Positions 19,290-29,779 of a stretch of DNA of 64,000 nucleotides are shown here, in pieces. Origin of the DNA: an uncultured delta proteobacterium (GTDB lineage Bacteria > Myxococcota_A > Polyangia > Polyangiales > Polyangiaceae); assembly GCA_963841435.1 (NCBI GenBank), contig CAWJCS010000003.1, positions 1,024,001 to 1,088,000 on the forward strand, read 5' to 3'. Within the stretch, counting starts at the first letter, position 1. Each line of letters starts with the position of its first letter. The notes beneath the pieces are model-generated. The model was not told the origin of the DNA. It saw only the letters and a program-made list of their open reading frames with translations, and ran no database searches. A program made the position numbers and the translations under genes.

Positions 19290-20140
19290 GCGTGCGCGCG
19301 TTTGGCCTTGGCCCGGCGCCGAAGCTCGCGCTGGCGCTCACACTGGGGGCCGCAGCCTGTTCGACCGCCGGCACGCGCTGGATGGAGGAGCCGCTCACGG
19401 CCGACGACGCGCCTCTGGTCGGTCCGCCCCGACAGGCCGCGCCGAGCGAGCCGGGAGGCGCGGCGCGGCGCCCACCGCCCCGGAGCGTGACGCTCGGCAG
19501 CGGCGCCGAAGAGCGCGAGGCGGCCGAGCGAGCACGAGCGGGCGAGACGATTCCGGGCGGGGGCCGCTCGCTCGGAACCTTCCGCAACACCTATTACGAC
19601 TTCCCGAGCGAGCGCGACTTCAGCGGCGAGACGGTGACGCTCTGGAATCGTGACTGCCAGGCGATCAGTAGCGTGCCGAAGGGCTTCTACGAGGCGGTGT
19701 GCGTCCAGGGCAGCGGCATGCTGCGCCGCGGCGCCACCGTGAGCTTCGCGCGGCGCGACTGCACGTGCGCCGAGACCTGTCCGCGTACGGGCCAGAAGAT
19801 CTGCTTCGACGAGCTCGATCAGCGGCAATTTCCGTGGGGCCGCGGCGCCATGGGGCAAGCCATCACGCCGCTCGTCACCGTGGCGGTCGATCCGGCCGTC
19901 ATCCCGCTCGGCACCGCGCTTTACGTGCCGGAGCTCGACGGGCTGCCGCGCGACCCCGCCGGCACGTCCGCGCACGACGGATGCTTCGTGGCGCAGGACA
20001 AGGGCCTCAAGGTCCAGGGCAAGCACCTCGACGTGTTCACGGGCGACCACTCCGTCACGACGCTCTGGAACCGCCGCGTTCCGAGCAACGCCGGCGTCAC
20101 CGTGATCGTCGATAGCCCACGCTGCTCGCGCGCGCCCTGA
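19286..20140 (+). CDS. 3D (Asp-Asp-Asp) domain lipoprotein, MltA-like
   Basis: Lipobox AAAC; TVAVDPAVIPLGT, AQDKG and HLDVF. Confidence 0.82.
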   Translation: MSVRAFGLGPAPKLALALTLGAAACSTAGTRWMEEPLTADDAPLVGPPRQAAPSEPGGAARRPPPRSVTLGSGAEEREAAERARAGETIPGGGRSLGTFRNTYYDFPSERDFSGETVTLWNRDCQAISSVPKGFYEAVCVQGSGMLRRGATVSFARRDCTCAETCPRTGQKICFDELDQRQFPWGRGAMGQAITPLVTVAVDPAVIPLGTALYVPELDGLPRDPAGTSAHDGCFVAQDKGLKVQGKHLDVFTGDHSVTTLWNRRVPSNAGVTVIVDSPRCSRAP

Positions 20141-20146
20141 CTCGCG

Positions 20147-21217
20147 TCAGCCCGAACGCGACGCGAGCCCCAAGCGCCCGAGGAGCTCGAACACCCGGTC
20201 GAACGCCGATGCGCGCCCGAGCTGCAGGAGGTGCGAGCCCGGGAGTGACACGAGCGGCGCACGGAAATGCGTGGCGAGGCGCCGCGCGTGGGAAAATGGC
20301 GTGATGCGATCGGCGCGCGCGCCGAGCACGAGCACGCGCTCGCTCGAGCCGATGAGCGGCCGATGCACCGGGCTCACGAGGCGGTACGCCGACTCGATGA
20401 GATGGTACTCGCGAGCGCGCGGCTCGGGAGCCTCGGGAAGCTCGCCCTGCTCGAGCGCGAAGTCGGCGAGCGACGCGAGCGGCACCATCGGCACGACGAA
20501 ATCGAGCTTTGCTTCGACGGTCGCGCTGAGCGCCGCCGTGTAGCCGCCCAGGCTCGTCCCCATGATGCCCACGGCGGGATGGCCACGACGCCTGAGAAAC
20601 CCCGCGAGCTCGCGCACGTCGGTGACGGCCTGTCGAAAGCCTTCGTTGCCGAACGCCGGATCGCGCCCCGGGAACTCGGGGCGCCCGCTGCGTCGCGCAT
20701 CCGCGCGCCGGCCGTGAAACGGCAGCACCATGAACGCGCTGTCGAGCCCGAGCGCGTCGAGCTTTTGGACCGGCCAGAGCCGCTCCTCGAGCGAGAGCTG
20801 GCCGAGCAGGTAGCCGTGCAGGAAGATGGCCACGGGGCGAGGCGTCGGGCGTGCGAGCAGCCGGCCAACGACGCTCCGGTTCTCGACGGTGCGAAAGAAA
20901 CTCGCCTGGAGCTCCGGCAAGAAGCTCTCTTCGAGGCTCGGCCAGGCCAGATCGAAGCGCGTGAGCTCGCCCATGCGGCCGTGCTCGCTGGTCAGCGGGT
21001 CGATCGCCCGCGGAGCGGGAAAGAAGCGCGTCGTGTCGAGCGCGGCGTAGCGATCGAGCAGCATGCTCATGAGACGCAGGCGCGTTTCGTGCGGCAGCGC
21101 TGCCGCGTCGTCTTCCGCTCCGGCGGAGCTCGCGCGCACGGCGAGCGTGACGGCGCGATCGAGCCCGGCGGCCGCGCGCGCCGCGAGCCGCGTGGCAAGG
21201 CTCGGCCGGCCTCTCAA
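20147..21217 (-). CDS. Alpha/beta hydrolase family protein
   Basis: LHGY, GTSLGG, ADRIT and GSH triad. Confidence 0.8.
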   Translation of the reverse strand: MRGRPSLATRLAARAAAGLDRAVTLAVRASSAGAEDDAAALPHETRLRLMSMLLDRYAALDTTRFFPAPRAIDPLTSEHGRMGELTRFDLAWPSLEESFLPELQASFFRTVENRSVVGRLLARPTPRPVAIFLHGYLLGQLSLEERLWPVQKLDALGLDSAFMVLPFHGRRADARRSGRPEFPGRDPAFGNEGFRQAVTDVRELAGFLRRRGHPAVGIMGTSLGGYTAALSATVEAKLDFVVPMVPLASLADFALEQGELPEAPEPRAREYHLIESAYRLVSPVHRPLIGSSERVLVLGARADRITPFSHARRLATHFRAPLVSLPGSHLLQLGRASAFDRVFELLGRLGLASRSG

Positions 21218-22122
21218 GCGCCGCCCCGTATGACCCGCGGCGCGTGCGGCAACAGATTCGCATAGTCGAACAAAAGCTCGAGACTGCCGGCTTCGCGGAG
21301 CCAGCGCTGGTCGTGCGGGCCGGGCGTCACGCGGAGCCGCGCGTCGATGCCCTTCTTCTGGAGGCGCGACGCCAGCCGTTCGCTCGCCGGGCGTCCCTTG
21401 TCCCAGCCCGACGTCGCGACACGCACGGGTCTCGGCCCAACCCGCGCGAAGGCGCGCTCGAAGCGCGCGCCGTACGCGTCGGCGAGCGCCGTGCCGAATG
21501 CTCCCTGGGTGCTGCCCACCGCGTCGAACGCCTCGGGCCGGCGCAGGAAGACCTCGAGCGACACGTAGCCTCCGAGCGACACGCCGTCGATCGCCGTCGG
21601 CGGCCGGTCACCGGCGAAGCCGAGCTCGCGCTGGATCGCGGGCAGGACGCCGTCGGCAAGCCACGCGGCGTAGTGATCGAGCGCGGCGGGCGTCGAGGGC
21701 TGGCGAAATACGTTGGGCGTGAAAGGGCACGCCACGACGAGCCCCTCGTACGGGTGGCGTGCGAGTGCCTCGTTGAGGTCGCGCAGACGCTCGTCGGTGA
21801 GGTACACGGCGTCCTTCAGCGTGCGCACGACAGGCGGCCGTCGAAGCCGCGCGTGAGCCGAGACGAGCCCGTAGCGGTCGGCCCAGGCCCGGATGCCCAC
21901 CGCCTCGCTGTGGGTTTCGCCGAGCCCGTGGCAGAGCACGAGCAACCGGTCCCGGCCCGCCGGAGCCTTGGGCACGAGGAGCAGGCAGCGCCGCGAAAGC
22001 CGCTCGCCCGGCACCTCGAGCTCTCGCTCCTCGAGCTCGATTTTGCTCTCCGCCGCATGGCCCAGGCGGCTCGCGAGCAAGGCTCCCGCGCCGGAAAGCA
22101 GCTGCCGCCTGTGGAGCCGCAT
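21214..22122 (-). CDS. Tat-exported esterase (alpha/beta hydrolase)
   Basis: Twin-arginine signal MRLHRRQLL; HGLGE, GVSLGG and GPHD. Confidence 0.75.
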   Translation of the reverse strand: MRLHRRQLLSGAGALLASRLGHAAESKIELEERELEVPGERLSRRCLLLVPKAPAGRDRLLVLCHGLGETHSEAVGIRAWADRYGLVSAHARLRRPPVVRTLKDAVYLTDERLRDLNEALARHPYEGLVVACPFTPNVFRQPSTPAALDHYAAWLADGVLPAIQRELGFAGDRPPTAIDGVSLGGYVSLEVFLRRPEAFDAVGSTQGAFGTALADAYGARFERAFARVGPRPVRVATSGWDKGRPASERLASRLQKKGIDARLRVTPGPHDQRWLREAGSLELLFDYANLLPHAPRVIRGGA

Positions 22123-22222
22123 CTGTCGAAGTATAGCCCCGCGGTCTCCGATGGTTTGTCCGCCCGGCTGGACCACGGTATGAAACCGAGCAAGAAGGCC
22201 GTGTGCCTTCTGCCCGGGAGCC

Positions 22223-23002
22223 ATGAAGCAAAGTCTCGTTTTCGCCTGTGTGCTGCCGTTTTTCACCGCTTGCTCGAGTGACGAGCCGGGGCCCGGCGCC
22301 GCGGGGAGCCGTTTGCGCACCGAGGGCGGATTTTGTACGGAGTGGGCGCGCGTCGCCTGCAATCCGGCCGTCGTCAACGCCTGCGAGTCGGACAGCGACG
22401 GCTGCCAGGGGCGCCAGGCGGCCTTCTGCGAGGACCTCGTGCCGACGGGCTACAACGCGAAGAACGCCGAGGACTGCATCGCCGCCGTCAAGACGGCCTA
22501 CTCCGACGCCACCCTCACCGCGAAGGAGGCAGCGATCGTCCTACACCTCGCCGCCGATTGCTCCAAGCTCGTGGTCGGCGGCCGCCACGCGGGCGAGTCG
22601 TGTGCCGATTCGTTCGAGTGTGACACCGTGCACGACTACGAATGCGTCATCAAGCCGGGCGCGAGCACGGGGACGTGCCAGGTGCCCGAAGTCGCAGCCG
22701 GCGGCCAGCGCTGCGACGAGCCGCAGATCGTGTGCGAGGACGGCAACTACTGCGACCCGGACGCCGGTCGCTGCTTCGAGATCGCGTCCGAGGGCGACGA
22801 CTGCCAGAACGACGCCATGTGCGGACCCGACGCGCTCTGCACGATTGCCGCGGACACGCCGGCGGGCACCTGCGGCCCGAAGCTCCAACCCCGCGACCCC
22901 TGCGCGAGCGATCAGCAGTGCGAGTCGGGGTTCTGCGTGAACCAGACCTGCCGCACGAGCGTCGATCTTTCGCTCGATACGCCTCTTTGCAACGACCTCT
23001 GA
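22223..23002 (+). CDS. Cysteine-rich lipoprotein
   Basis: Lipobox FTAC; repeated G..C..D..C....C modules. Confidence 0.75.
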   Translation: MKQSLVFACVLPFFTACSSDEPGPGAAGSRLRTEGGFCTEWARVACNPAVVNACESDSDGCQGRQAAFCEDLVPTGYNAKNAEDCIAAVKTAYSDATLTAKEAAIVLHLAADCSKLVVGGRHAGESCADSFECDTVHDYECVIKPGASTGTCQVPEVAAGGQRCDEPQIVCEDGNYCDPDAGRCFEIASEGDDCQNDAMCGPDALCTIAADTPAGTCGPKLQPRDPCASDQQCESGFCVNQTCRTSVDLSLDTPLCNDL

Positions 23003-23013
23003 CGGGACCGAAC

Positions 23014-23769
23014 GTGTCGTCGCCTCGCGCCATCGCCCTTCTCTGCCTCGTCGCGCTCGCGGCGTGCGAGGACAAGCCGGCTCCCGCGCCCACAGAGAGT
23101 GCCACGGCAGCGCCCGAGCCGCCGCCTCCGCCCGCAAAGCCGACGCTGCCCCCGACGATCGCCATCGACACCGGCGGCGTGCTCGTCGGCGGCAATCGCG
23201 TCACGCTCGAGGGAGCCGGTGTGGCGGCGCGCCTGAAGGGCGAGCTCGAGGGGCATCAAGCGTTCCTGCAGAACCAGGAGGTGCGCATCTCGGCCGAGCG
23301 CAAGGTAAGCCCCGCGTTCGTCGCGCGGGTGCTCGAGGGGCTCGGCGACGCCGGCGCGAGCCGCGTGCTCGTTCGCACGTCGACGCGGGCCGACTTCCCG
23401 ACGGAGGTCGGGTTCCTGCCGCCCGAAAAGGCGCGCAGCGCGCCGCGTTGCAGCGTGGTGTCGATGATCCTCGCCGATCGCAGCACGGCGACGTGGCAGC
23501 TCGGCGGCGGCGTCGCCGGCAAACGCAGCAAGGGCATGGCAGGCCCCGACCTCACGCTGACGGGCGAGACGATCGCGGAGCGTGCGAAGCGCTGCAAGGA
23601 GTCGCAGGTCGTCTTCGTGACGGGCGCGGAGGGCGTCGAGTGGGGGCTGGTCTACGACCTTGCCGCCTCGACGAAGACGCTGGGCCAAGCCTATTTCTCG
23701 GATGCCGCGCTCGTCGCCGGGGGCGACCAGGTACCGGTTCCGGGTCGGCCGGTCGAGCTCGGGCGCTGA
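23014..23769 (+). CDS. Lipoprotein with ExbD/TolR-like domain
   Basis: Lipobox LAAC, Pro linker, and VRISAERKVSPAFVARVLEGLGDAG resembling the ExbD periplasmic fold. Confidence 0.55.
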   Translation: MSSPRAIALLCLVALAACEDKPAPAPTESATAAPEPPPPPAKPTLPPTIAIDTGGVLVGGNRVTLEGAGVAARLKGELEGHQAFLQNQEVRISAERKVSPAFVARVLEGLGDAGASRVLVRTSTRADFPTEVGFLPPEKARSAPRCSVVSMILADRSTATWQLGGGVAGKRSKGMAGPDLTLTGETIAERAKRCKESQVVFVTGAEGVEWGLVYDLAASTKTLGQAYFSDAALVAGGDQVPVPGRPVELGR

Positions 23770-23785
23770 GCCGCGGCGCGAAGAC

Positions 23786-24229
23786 CTAGCCCACGAGCCG
23801 CAGAACTTCTTCAACGTCGGCGACGGTGAAGGGCTTCTCGAGCTGTGCCCCCGAATAGCGGGCGAGAAAATCTTCCGCCCAGCTCGAGCAGGCACCGCCC
23901 GTCATGAGCACGAAGCGCGCCAGGAGCGACGGGTGCTTCTCGGTGAGCACCTCGTGCACCGCGCGGCCGTTGACACCGGGCATGTCGAGGTCACAGAGCA
24001 CGAGGTCGAACCGCGGATCGCGCGTGAGCCTCTCGAGCGCATCCGCGCCGCCCGCCGCCACGACGACGTTGTGGTTCTCCTCGAGCATGAAGCTCAACGT
24101 CTGACAGAGCAGCGGCTCGTCATCCACGACGAGAATGCGCGCACGCCCGGTCCACGCCCCCGTGCGGTGGAGCCCGCTGTCCTCGGCTCTCGAAACGTCG
24201 ACGGCCCTTTGCTCGTTGCCGGTCCTCAT
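23786..24229 (-). CDS. Single-domain response regulator
   Basis: [21 protein letters not shown] and EKPF; start could be 24259. Confidence 0.85.
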   Translation of the reverse strand: MRTGNEQRAVDVSRAEDSGLHRTGAWTGRARILVVDDEPLLCQTLSFMLEENHNVVVAAGGADALERLTRDPRFDLVLCDLDMPGVNGRAVHEVLTEKHPSLLARFVLMTGGACSSWAEDFLARYSGAQLEKPFTVADVEEVLRLVG

Positions 24230-24395
24230 GCACGACCCCTCGGCTGTAGACAGATTCATAGCACGACCGGCCTGGCTCACAAAAACCGTGCTTTGCGGAG
24301 CCGGATTCGGCTTCGACGGCCCGTTGGGGCCGCCGAATGGCACCCGCGGGGCAAACCGCACCCGACCAATGCTAAGCCATGCCTCGGACGGCAGC

Positions 24396-25595
24396 ATGAC
24401 TCGCAAGGCGACCAAACCAAGGGCTCGACGCGAAGGGCCCGCGCCAGCGGGAGCTAGCGACGCGGCGTTCGGCGACGACGAGCTCGGTGACGGGCCCGGC
24501 GTCGAGGGCGAGCTCGACGGCGAAGGCGAGCTGTCGGGCGAAGGCGAGCTGTCGGGCGAAGGCGAGCTGTCGGGCGACGCCGAGCTGTCGGGCGAAGGCG
24601 AGCTGTCGGGCGACGCCGAGCTGTCGGGCGACGCCGAGCTGTCGGACGACGCCGAGCTGTCGGACGACGCCGAGCCGTCGGACGACGCCGAGCCGTCGAG
24701 CAACGACGGCGCGCCTGGTGACACCGACGAGTCACCGCGCTCGATCGCGCGCTACGACGCGATGCAGGCGTACATGAGCGAGATCCGGCGGCACCCGCTG
24801 CTTTCGCCCGACGACGAGCACAGGCTCGCCGTCGAATACTCGAAGACGGGCGACGTTGACGTTGCCGCGCGCCTCGTGACCGCGAATCTCAGGCTCGTCG
24901 TGAAGCTCGCGTACGAGTACCGCCGCGCCTACAAGAACATGATGGACCTCGTGCAGGAGGGAAACATCGGCCTCATGCAGGCAGTGAAGCGCTACGACCC
25001 CTATCGCGGGGTCAAGCTCTCGAGCTACGCGGCCTGGTGGATCCGCGCCTACATGCTGAGGTTCATCCTCAACAACTGGCGCCTCGTGAAGCTCGGCACG
25101 ACGCAGGCGCAGCGCAAGCTCTTCTTCAACCTGAACAAGGAGCGCCAGCGTCTGACGGCACTCGGGATCGAGCCAACGAGCGCCGAAATCGCCAAGCGCC
25201 TCGACGTCCAGGAATCCGAGGTCGTGGAGATGGATCGCCGCCTCGCGCGCGCGGACGCGTCGCTCGACAGCCCCGTCACGGAAGGTGACGGTCGCACGAC
25301 GACGCGCCTCGAGCTCTTGCCCGGCGACGGCGAGTCGCCCGAGAACGTCGCCGAGAGCGCCGAGCTCGAGAGGCTCCTCCACGAGCAGCTCGCGGAGTTC
25401 CGCCGCACGCTCACCGGCAAGGAGGTGCTCATCTTCGAGAAACGGCTCGTGGCAGACGAGCCGCTGACACTCCAGCAGCTCGGCGACCAGTTCGGCGTGT
25501 CGCGAGAGCGGGTGCGCCAGCTCGAGGCGCGCCTCGCGGGGCGCCTGCGCGAGCACCTCAAGAAGACGCTGGGCGACGCCGTCGGCGTCGGCTGA
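24396..25595 (+). CDS. RNA polymerase sigma factor, sigma-32/RpoH-like, with acidic repeat N-terminus
   Basis: [22 protein letters not shown], RpoH box [11 protein letters not shown] and [11 protein letters not shown]. Confidence 0.92.
   Translation: MTRKATKPRARREGPAPAGASDAAFGDDELGDGPGVEGELDGEGELSGEGELSGEGELSGDAELSGEGELSGDAELSGDAELSDDAELSDDAEPSDDAEPSSNDGAPGDTDESPRSIARYDAMQAYMSEIRRHPLLSPDDEHRLAVEYSKTGDVDVAARLVTANLRLVVKLAYEYRRAYKNMMDLVQEGNIGLMQAVKRYDPYRGVKLSSYAAWWIRAYMLRFILNNWRLVKLGTTQAQRKLFFNLNKERQRLTALGIEPTSAEIAKRLDVQESEVVEMDRRLARADASLDSPVTEGDGRTTTRLELLPGDGESPENVAESAELERLLHEQLAEFRRTLTGKEVLIFEKRLVADEPLTLQQLGDQFGVSRERVRQLEARLAGRLREHLKKTLGDAVGVG
24510..24698 (+). repeat. 18-bp tandem repeat (about 10.5 copies, GAGCTGTCGGGCGA[AGG/CGC]C) encoding [24 protein letters not shown]
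   Basis: Directly visible direct repeats inside the sigma factor gene. Confidence 0.95.
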
Positions 25596-25603
25596 GCGCG
25601 ACC

Positions 25604-26440
25604 GTGCCGACGCTCTTCGTCGTCGCCACGCCGATCGGCAACCTGGGCGACCTCGGCGCCCGGGCCGCCGAGGTGCTGCGAAGCGCGGAGCGCGTCTTCG
25701 CCGAGGACACGCGGCGCACCCGAGCGCTGCTCGCGCACCTCGGTGCCGGCAGAAAAGCCGTGCTGCGCGTCGACGCCCACGCCGATCCGTCGCACATCGG
25801 GCGCCTGCTCGACGACCTGCCGCCCGACGCGAACGTCGCGCTCGTGACGGACGCCGGCATGCCCGGCGTGAGCGACCCCGGCGCCGAGCTCGTCCGACAG
25901 GCGGCCGCGCGCGACGTGCGCATCCTCGCGATCCCGGGGCCCAGCGCGCTCACGGCGGCTGTCGCGGTGTCCGGGCTCGTCGAGGGGCCCTTCGTCTTTC
26001 TCGGCTTCCTGCCGCGGCACGGCAAGAAGCGGCGCGCGGCACTCTCGCGCATCGCGGCGAGCACGGATCCGGTCGTCTTGTTCGAGGCGCCCGCGCGCAT
26101 CTCGGACACTTTGCGCGAGCTTGCCGCCGAGAGCCCGACGCGACCCGCGGCCGTTTGTCGCGAGCTCACGAAGTTGTTCGAGGAAACGCTGCGCGGCTCG
26201 CTCGCGGAGCTAGCCGCCATCGAGCGCGAATGGCTGGGCGAGGTCACGCTCGTCATCGGGGGCGGCGAACCGCGGGCGGCCGTCGCGCCCGAGGACGACG
26301 GAGCGGTGGACGAGGAGATCGCGCGGCGCCTCGCCAAGGGCGAGCACCCACGCGGACTTTCCGTCGAGCTCGCGGGGCGACTCGGCGTGCCACGCCGGCT
26401 CGCCTACGCGCGCGTGCTCGCCGTCCGGGAACGCGGCTGA
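25604..26440 (+). CDS. rsmI: 16S rRNA (cytidine1402-2'-O)-methyltransferase
   Basis: VATPIGNLGD, AEDTR, DAGMPGVSDPG, GFLP and CRELTK.FEE. Confidence 0.95.
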   Translation: MPTLFVVATPIGNLGDLGARAAEVLRSAERVFAEDTRRTRALLAHLGAGRKAVLRVDAHADPSHIGRLLDDLPPDANVALVTDAGMPGVSDPGAELVRQAAARDVRILAIPGPSALTAAVAVSGLVEGPFVFLGFLPRHGKKRRAALSRIAASTDPVVLFEAPARISDTLRELAAESPTRPAAVCRELTKLFEETLRGSLAELAAIEREWLGEVTLVIGGGEPRAAVAPEDDGAVDEEIARRLAKGEHPRGLSVELAGRLGVPRRLAYARVLAVRERG

Positions 26441-27406
26441 TGCGCGCGGCCGCCGCTTTGCTGTTCGCCTCGCTGGTGCTCGTCGCGGGCAAGAGCCACG
26501 CCACGTATTCGGTCGCCGCCGTCGATTCTCGCGCGCCGCGAGGTCGGCGGCGCGGGCACGTCGTGCCTGAGCGGCAGCGACGTCATCATCATCTACGGCT
26601 CGGTGCCCGGCACGGGCGTCGTCCACGCCCAAGCGCGCTTCAACCAGGCCGCGCGCGACCAGGCCGTCGCGCTGCTCGCCGGCGGAACGGCCCCCGCGGA
26701 GGTGATCGCGGCGATCACGTCGGCGGAGTTCGACGCGGACGCCGCGACGCGCCAGTACGGCGTCGTTGACCTTGCCGGTCGCGTGGCCGGCTACACGGGC
26801 TCGGGCACGACGGCGTACGCTGGGGATCGTCAGGGCAGCGCCGGGAGTTACGTGTACTCCGTGCAGGGGAACATCCTCACGAGCGCGCGCGTCGTTGACC
26901 AGGCGGCGGCTGCGTTCGAATCGGGCGGCTGCGATCTCGCGGCGCGCTTGCTCGCCGCACTCCGCGCCGGGGCGGAAGGCGGCGAGGGGGACAGCCGCTG
27001 CACCGAGAGCCGGGGCATTCCCTCCGACTCCGCATTTCTCGAAGTCGATCGGGAGGGCGAGCCTGCGGGCACGTACGCCGCCTTGCGCGTCCCGACCTCG
27101 GGCGACGCCGATCCGCTCGTTTCGCTCGCCGCGGCGTACGATACGTTTCGAGAGGCCCACCCCTGCCCCTCGAACGGAGCGGCCGGGAGCGCCGGCAACG
27201 CGGGGAGCTCGGGGAATGAAGCGGGCGGCTCGGGCGTTGGCAGCGGCTCGAAGGGCGCTCCGCCGAGCGCAGAACCGGCGGGGGGCTGCGGGTGCCGCAC
27301 GGCGGTAACCCCCCGTCCGACGGGCAGAGCCGCCGCGTGGCTCGCCTGCGTGGCGTTGGCTCTTCGAGCGCGGCGTCGGTGGAACCGCCACGCCCTTCGG
27401 TGCTAA
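26440..27406 (+). CDS. DUF1028 (Ntn-hydrolase-like) exported protein with MYXO-CTERM tail; +1 frameshift near 26535
   Basis: Signal peptide plus ATYSVAAVD in one frame, continuing as EVGGAGTSC...RQYGVVD...VQGNIL...EGDSRC in the next; C-terminal GGCGC-hydrophobic-RRR. Confidence 0.75.
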
Positions 27407-27416
27407 AAGCCCCGCG

Positions 27417-29006
27417 GTGTTCGAGGCGCTGACCAAGGGATTTCGCGAGGCACAGAACCGCCTCGCGGGGCTGACGGAGCTCAACGAGAAGAACGTCCAA
27501 GTGGCGCTCGCCGAGGTGCGCACCTCGCTGCTCGAGGCCGACGTCGAGCTCGGGGTCGTGAAGCGATTTCTGGCGGACGTCGAAGCGAAGGCGCTCGGCA
27601 CCACGGTGCAGACGCGCGTGAAGCACGGCGGAGAAACCCACAAGGTGGGCGCCGGCGAGCAGTTCGTGAAGATCTGCCACGAAGAGCTCGTCGAGATGAT
27701 GAGCTTCGAGGGCGACCCGATCCGCTTCGACTCGCCACCCCCCACGGGCGTGATGATGGTCGGCCTGCAGGGCTCGGGCAAGACGACGACGGCCGCGAAG
27801 GTCGCGCGCTGGCTCACGGAGCAGGGCAAGGCGCCGCTGCTCGTCGCCGCCGACATGCAGCGGCCCGCGGCGGTCGAGCAGCTGCAGATCCTGGGCCAGC
27901 AAATCGACGTCCCGGTCTTCAACCTGGCCAACGAGTCGCCGCTCGAGATCTGCCGCGCGGCGCCGGCGGAAGCGGCGCGCCTCGGCCGCGACGTGATCGT
28001 GTACGACACGGCGGGCCGCCTCGCGGTGGACGAGCCGCTCATGCAGGAGCTCTCCGCCATCAAGCGCGCGGTCGAGCCGAGCAACGTGTTGCTCGTCGTC
28101 GACGCGATGATCGGCCAGGACGCCGTCAAAACGGCCAAAAGCTTCCACGAAAGGCTCGGCCTGAGCGGCGTCGTGCTCACCAAGCTCGATGGCGACGCCC
28201 GCGGCGGCGCAGCCCTCAGCGTGAAGGCCGTCACCGGCGCCCCCGTCGTCCTCACGGGCACGGGCGAGACACTCGACAAGCTCGAGCCGTTCAGGGCCGA
28301 GGGCATGGCGAGCCGCGTGCTCGGCATGGGCGACGTCGTGGGCCTGATTCAGGACTTCGAGAAGGTCGTCGATCAGAAGAAGGCCGAGGTCGACGCGCAG
28401 CGCATGATGCGCGGAGACTTCACGCTCGATGATTTCTTGAACCAGGTGCGCATGCTGCAGAAGATGGGCTCGCTCTCGGAGCTCGTCGACAAGATCCCGG
28501 GCCTTTCGGGCATGGTGCCGCCGGGCGCCGCACAGAGCCTCGATGATCGCGAGCTCGTGCGCATCGAAGCCATGATTCAATCGATGACGCTCGTCGAGCG
28601 CGACGACCCGCAGGTGCTGGTGCGCGAGCCCTCGCGCGTGAAGCGCATCGCCCGGGGCTCGGGCCAGCCCGCCGAGGGCGTGGGCGAGCTCGTTCAGAAA
28701 TTCTTGTTCATGCGCCAGATGATGGGCGGGCTCGGGCAGAACATGGGCCTGATGGGCAACATCCCGGGACTGCGCAACGTCGCGATGGCCAACCAGGCGC
28801 GAAAAGCCATGAAAGGGGGCCTGCCGGGCATGGGTATGCCCGGGATGGGGTTCCCGGGGATGGGCTTTCCGGGTATGGGCATGCCCGGATTCCCGTCAGC
28901 CGAGGAGGCGCCCCGCATGCGCGCGCTGTCGAAGGCCGAGCGAAACGCGAGGAAGAACCAGCGCAAGCGCGAGCGCGACGCACGCAAGAAAGGCAAGAAG
29001 CGATGA
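27417..29006 (+). CDS. ffh: Signal recognition particle protein
   Basis: GLQGSGKTTT, DTAGR, TKLDGDARGG and RVLGMGD; Met-rich M domain. Confidence 0.97.
   Translation: MFEALTKGFREAQNRLAGLTELNEKNVQVALAEVRTSLLEADVELGVVKRFLADVEAKALGTTVQTRVKHGGETHKVGAGEQFVKICHEELVEMMSFEGDPIRFDSPPPTGVMMVGLQGSGKTTTAAKVARWLTEQGKAPLLVAADMQRPAAVEQLQILGQQIDVPVFNLANESPLEICRAAPAEAARLGRDVIVYDTAGRLAVDEPLMQELSAIKRAVEPSNVLLVVDAMIGQDAVKTAKSFHERLGLSGVVLTKLDGDARGGAALSVKAVTGAPVVLTGTGETLDKLEPFRAEGMASRVLGMGDVVGLIQDFEKVVDQKKAEVDAQRMMRGDFTLDDFLNQVRMLQKMGSLSELVDKIPGLSGMVPPGAAQSLDDRELVRIEAMIQSMTLVERDDPQVLVREPSRVKRIARGSGQPAEGVGELVQKFLFMRQMMGGLGQNMGLMGNIPGLRNVAMANQARKAMKGGLPGMGMPGMGFPGMGFPGMGMPGFPSAEEAPRMRALSKAERNARKNQRKRERDARKKGKKR
28824..28895 (+). 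repeat. 15-bp degenerate repeat encoding (PGMG[M/F])n in the Ffh tail
   Basis: PGMGMPGMGFPGMGFPGMGMPGFP. Confidence 0.8.
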
Positions 29007-29779
29007 CACGCATCACCTGGAGCGCCGCCCTTTTGCTGCCGCTCGCCATCGGCTGCGCGACGCGCTCGGAGCCGAGCGGTGAGGGCACCTCCACCAGCGG
29101 CGTCCTGTCGAGCATGCCCGCCGAGGTCGGCACGCGCACCCGCGTGGACTTCGGGGGCACGCTCGAGCTGCTCGGCTGGGACCTGAGCGCCACGACGGCC
29201 GAGCCCGGCGCGACCCTGCACCTCAGCTCGTACTTCCGCGTGACGCGGCCGCTCGCTCCCGGCTACAGCGTGGTCACCGAGCTCGTGCCGCTCGGCCCGC
29301 TCGCCAAACCGCCCGCCGAGGACGACGACGAGAAGCCCGAGGCAGACGCCGCACCGGACGAAAAACAGGCCCCCGAGGTGACCGCGCTCGCAAAGCCCTG
29401 GCCCGACGGGACGCCCACCTTCGCGATCGTGGTTGACGAGCGCGACATCGAGGTGCCAAAAGACGTGACGGCGCCGTCCCTCTCGCTCGCGCTCAGCATC
29501 GCGCACGACCCCGTGCAGGTCGAAGGCGCGGAGATCGAAGGGCTCTCGGCGCTCCGGCTGCCCATCCTCAGCGGCCTGTCGGACGGCGACGGGCGTGCTC
29601 TCGTCGCGCGGCTCGCGACGGGCGTCGTGCCGGGCCAGGCGCGCGCCCAGAAAGGTCAGCGACGCAAGCTCGATCGGCGGCGGCGTCCCCCCGGCAATCG
29701 GGCACCTCGGCCCGCGCTGAGCGCTCTGCGCCGCGCCTTTCCGCTCCACCCCCCGGTGGTCCCCAAGGAGAATCCATGA
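29003..29779 (+). CDS. Hypothetical lipoprotein
   Basis: Lipobox AIGC; ATGA overlaps at both ends. Confidence 0.7.
   Translation: MTRITWSAALLLPLAIGCATRSEPSGEGTSTSGVLSSMPAEVGTRTRVDFGGTLELLGWDLSATTAEPGATLHLSSYFRVTRPLAPGYSVVTELVPLGPLAKPPAEDDDEKPEADAAPDEKQAPEVTALAKPWPDGTPTFAIVVDERDIEVPKDVTAPSLSLALSIAHDPVQVEGAEIEGLSALRLPILSGLSDGDGRALVARLATGVVPGQARAQKGQRRKLDRRRRPPGNRAPRPALSALRRAFPLHPPVVPKENP

Noticed and set aside
24338-24353. Possible sigma-54 promoter TGGCAC...GGGCA upstream of the sigma factor
   Set aside because: Spacing fits, but the -12 element is poor and a competing TGcTAAGCC -10-like site lies nearby
24510-24698. Repeat array as a possible CRISPR
   Set aside because: Units are contiguous with no spacers, in frame within a gene, and no cas genes are present
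28824-28895. PGMG repeat in ffh as a novelty
   Set aside because: Met/Gly/Pro-rich tails are common in Ffh proteins
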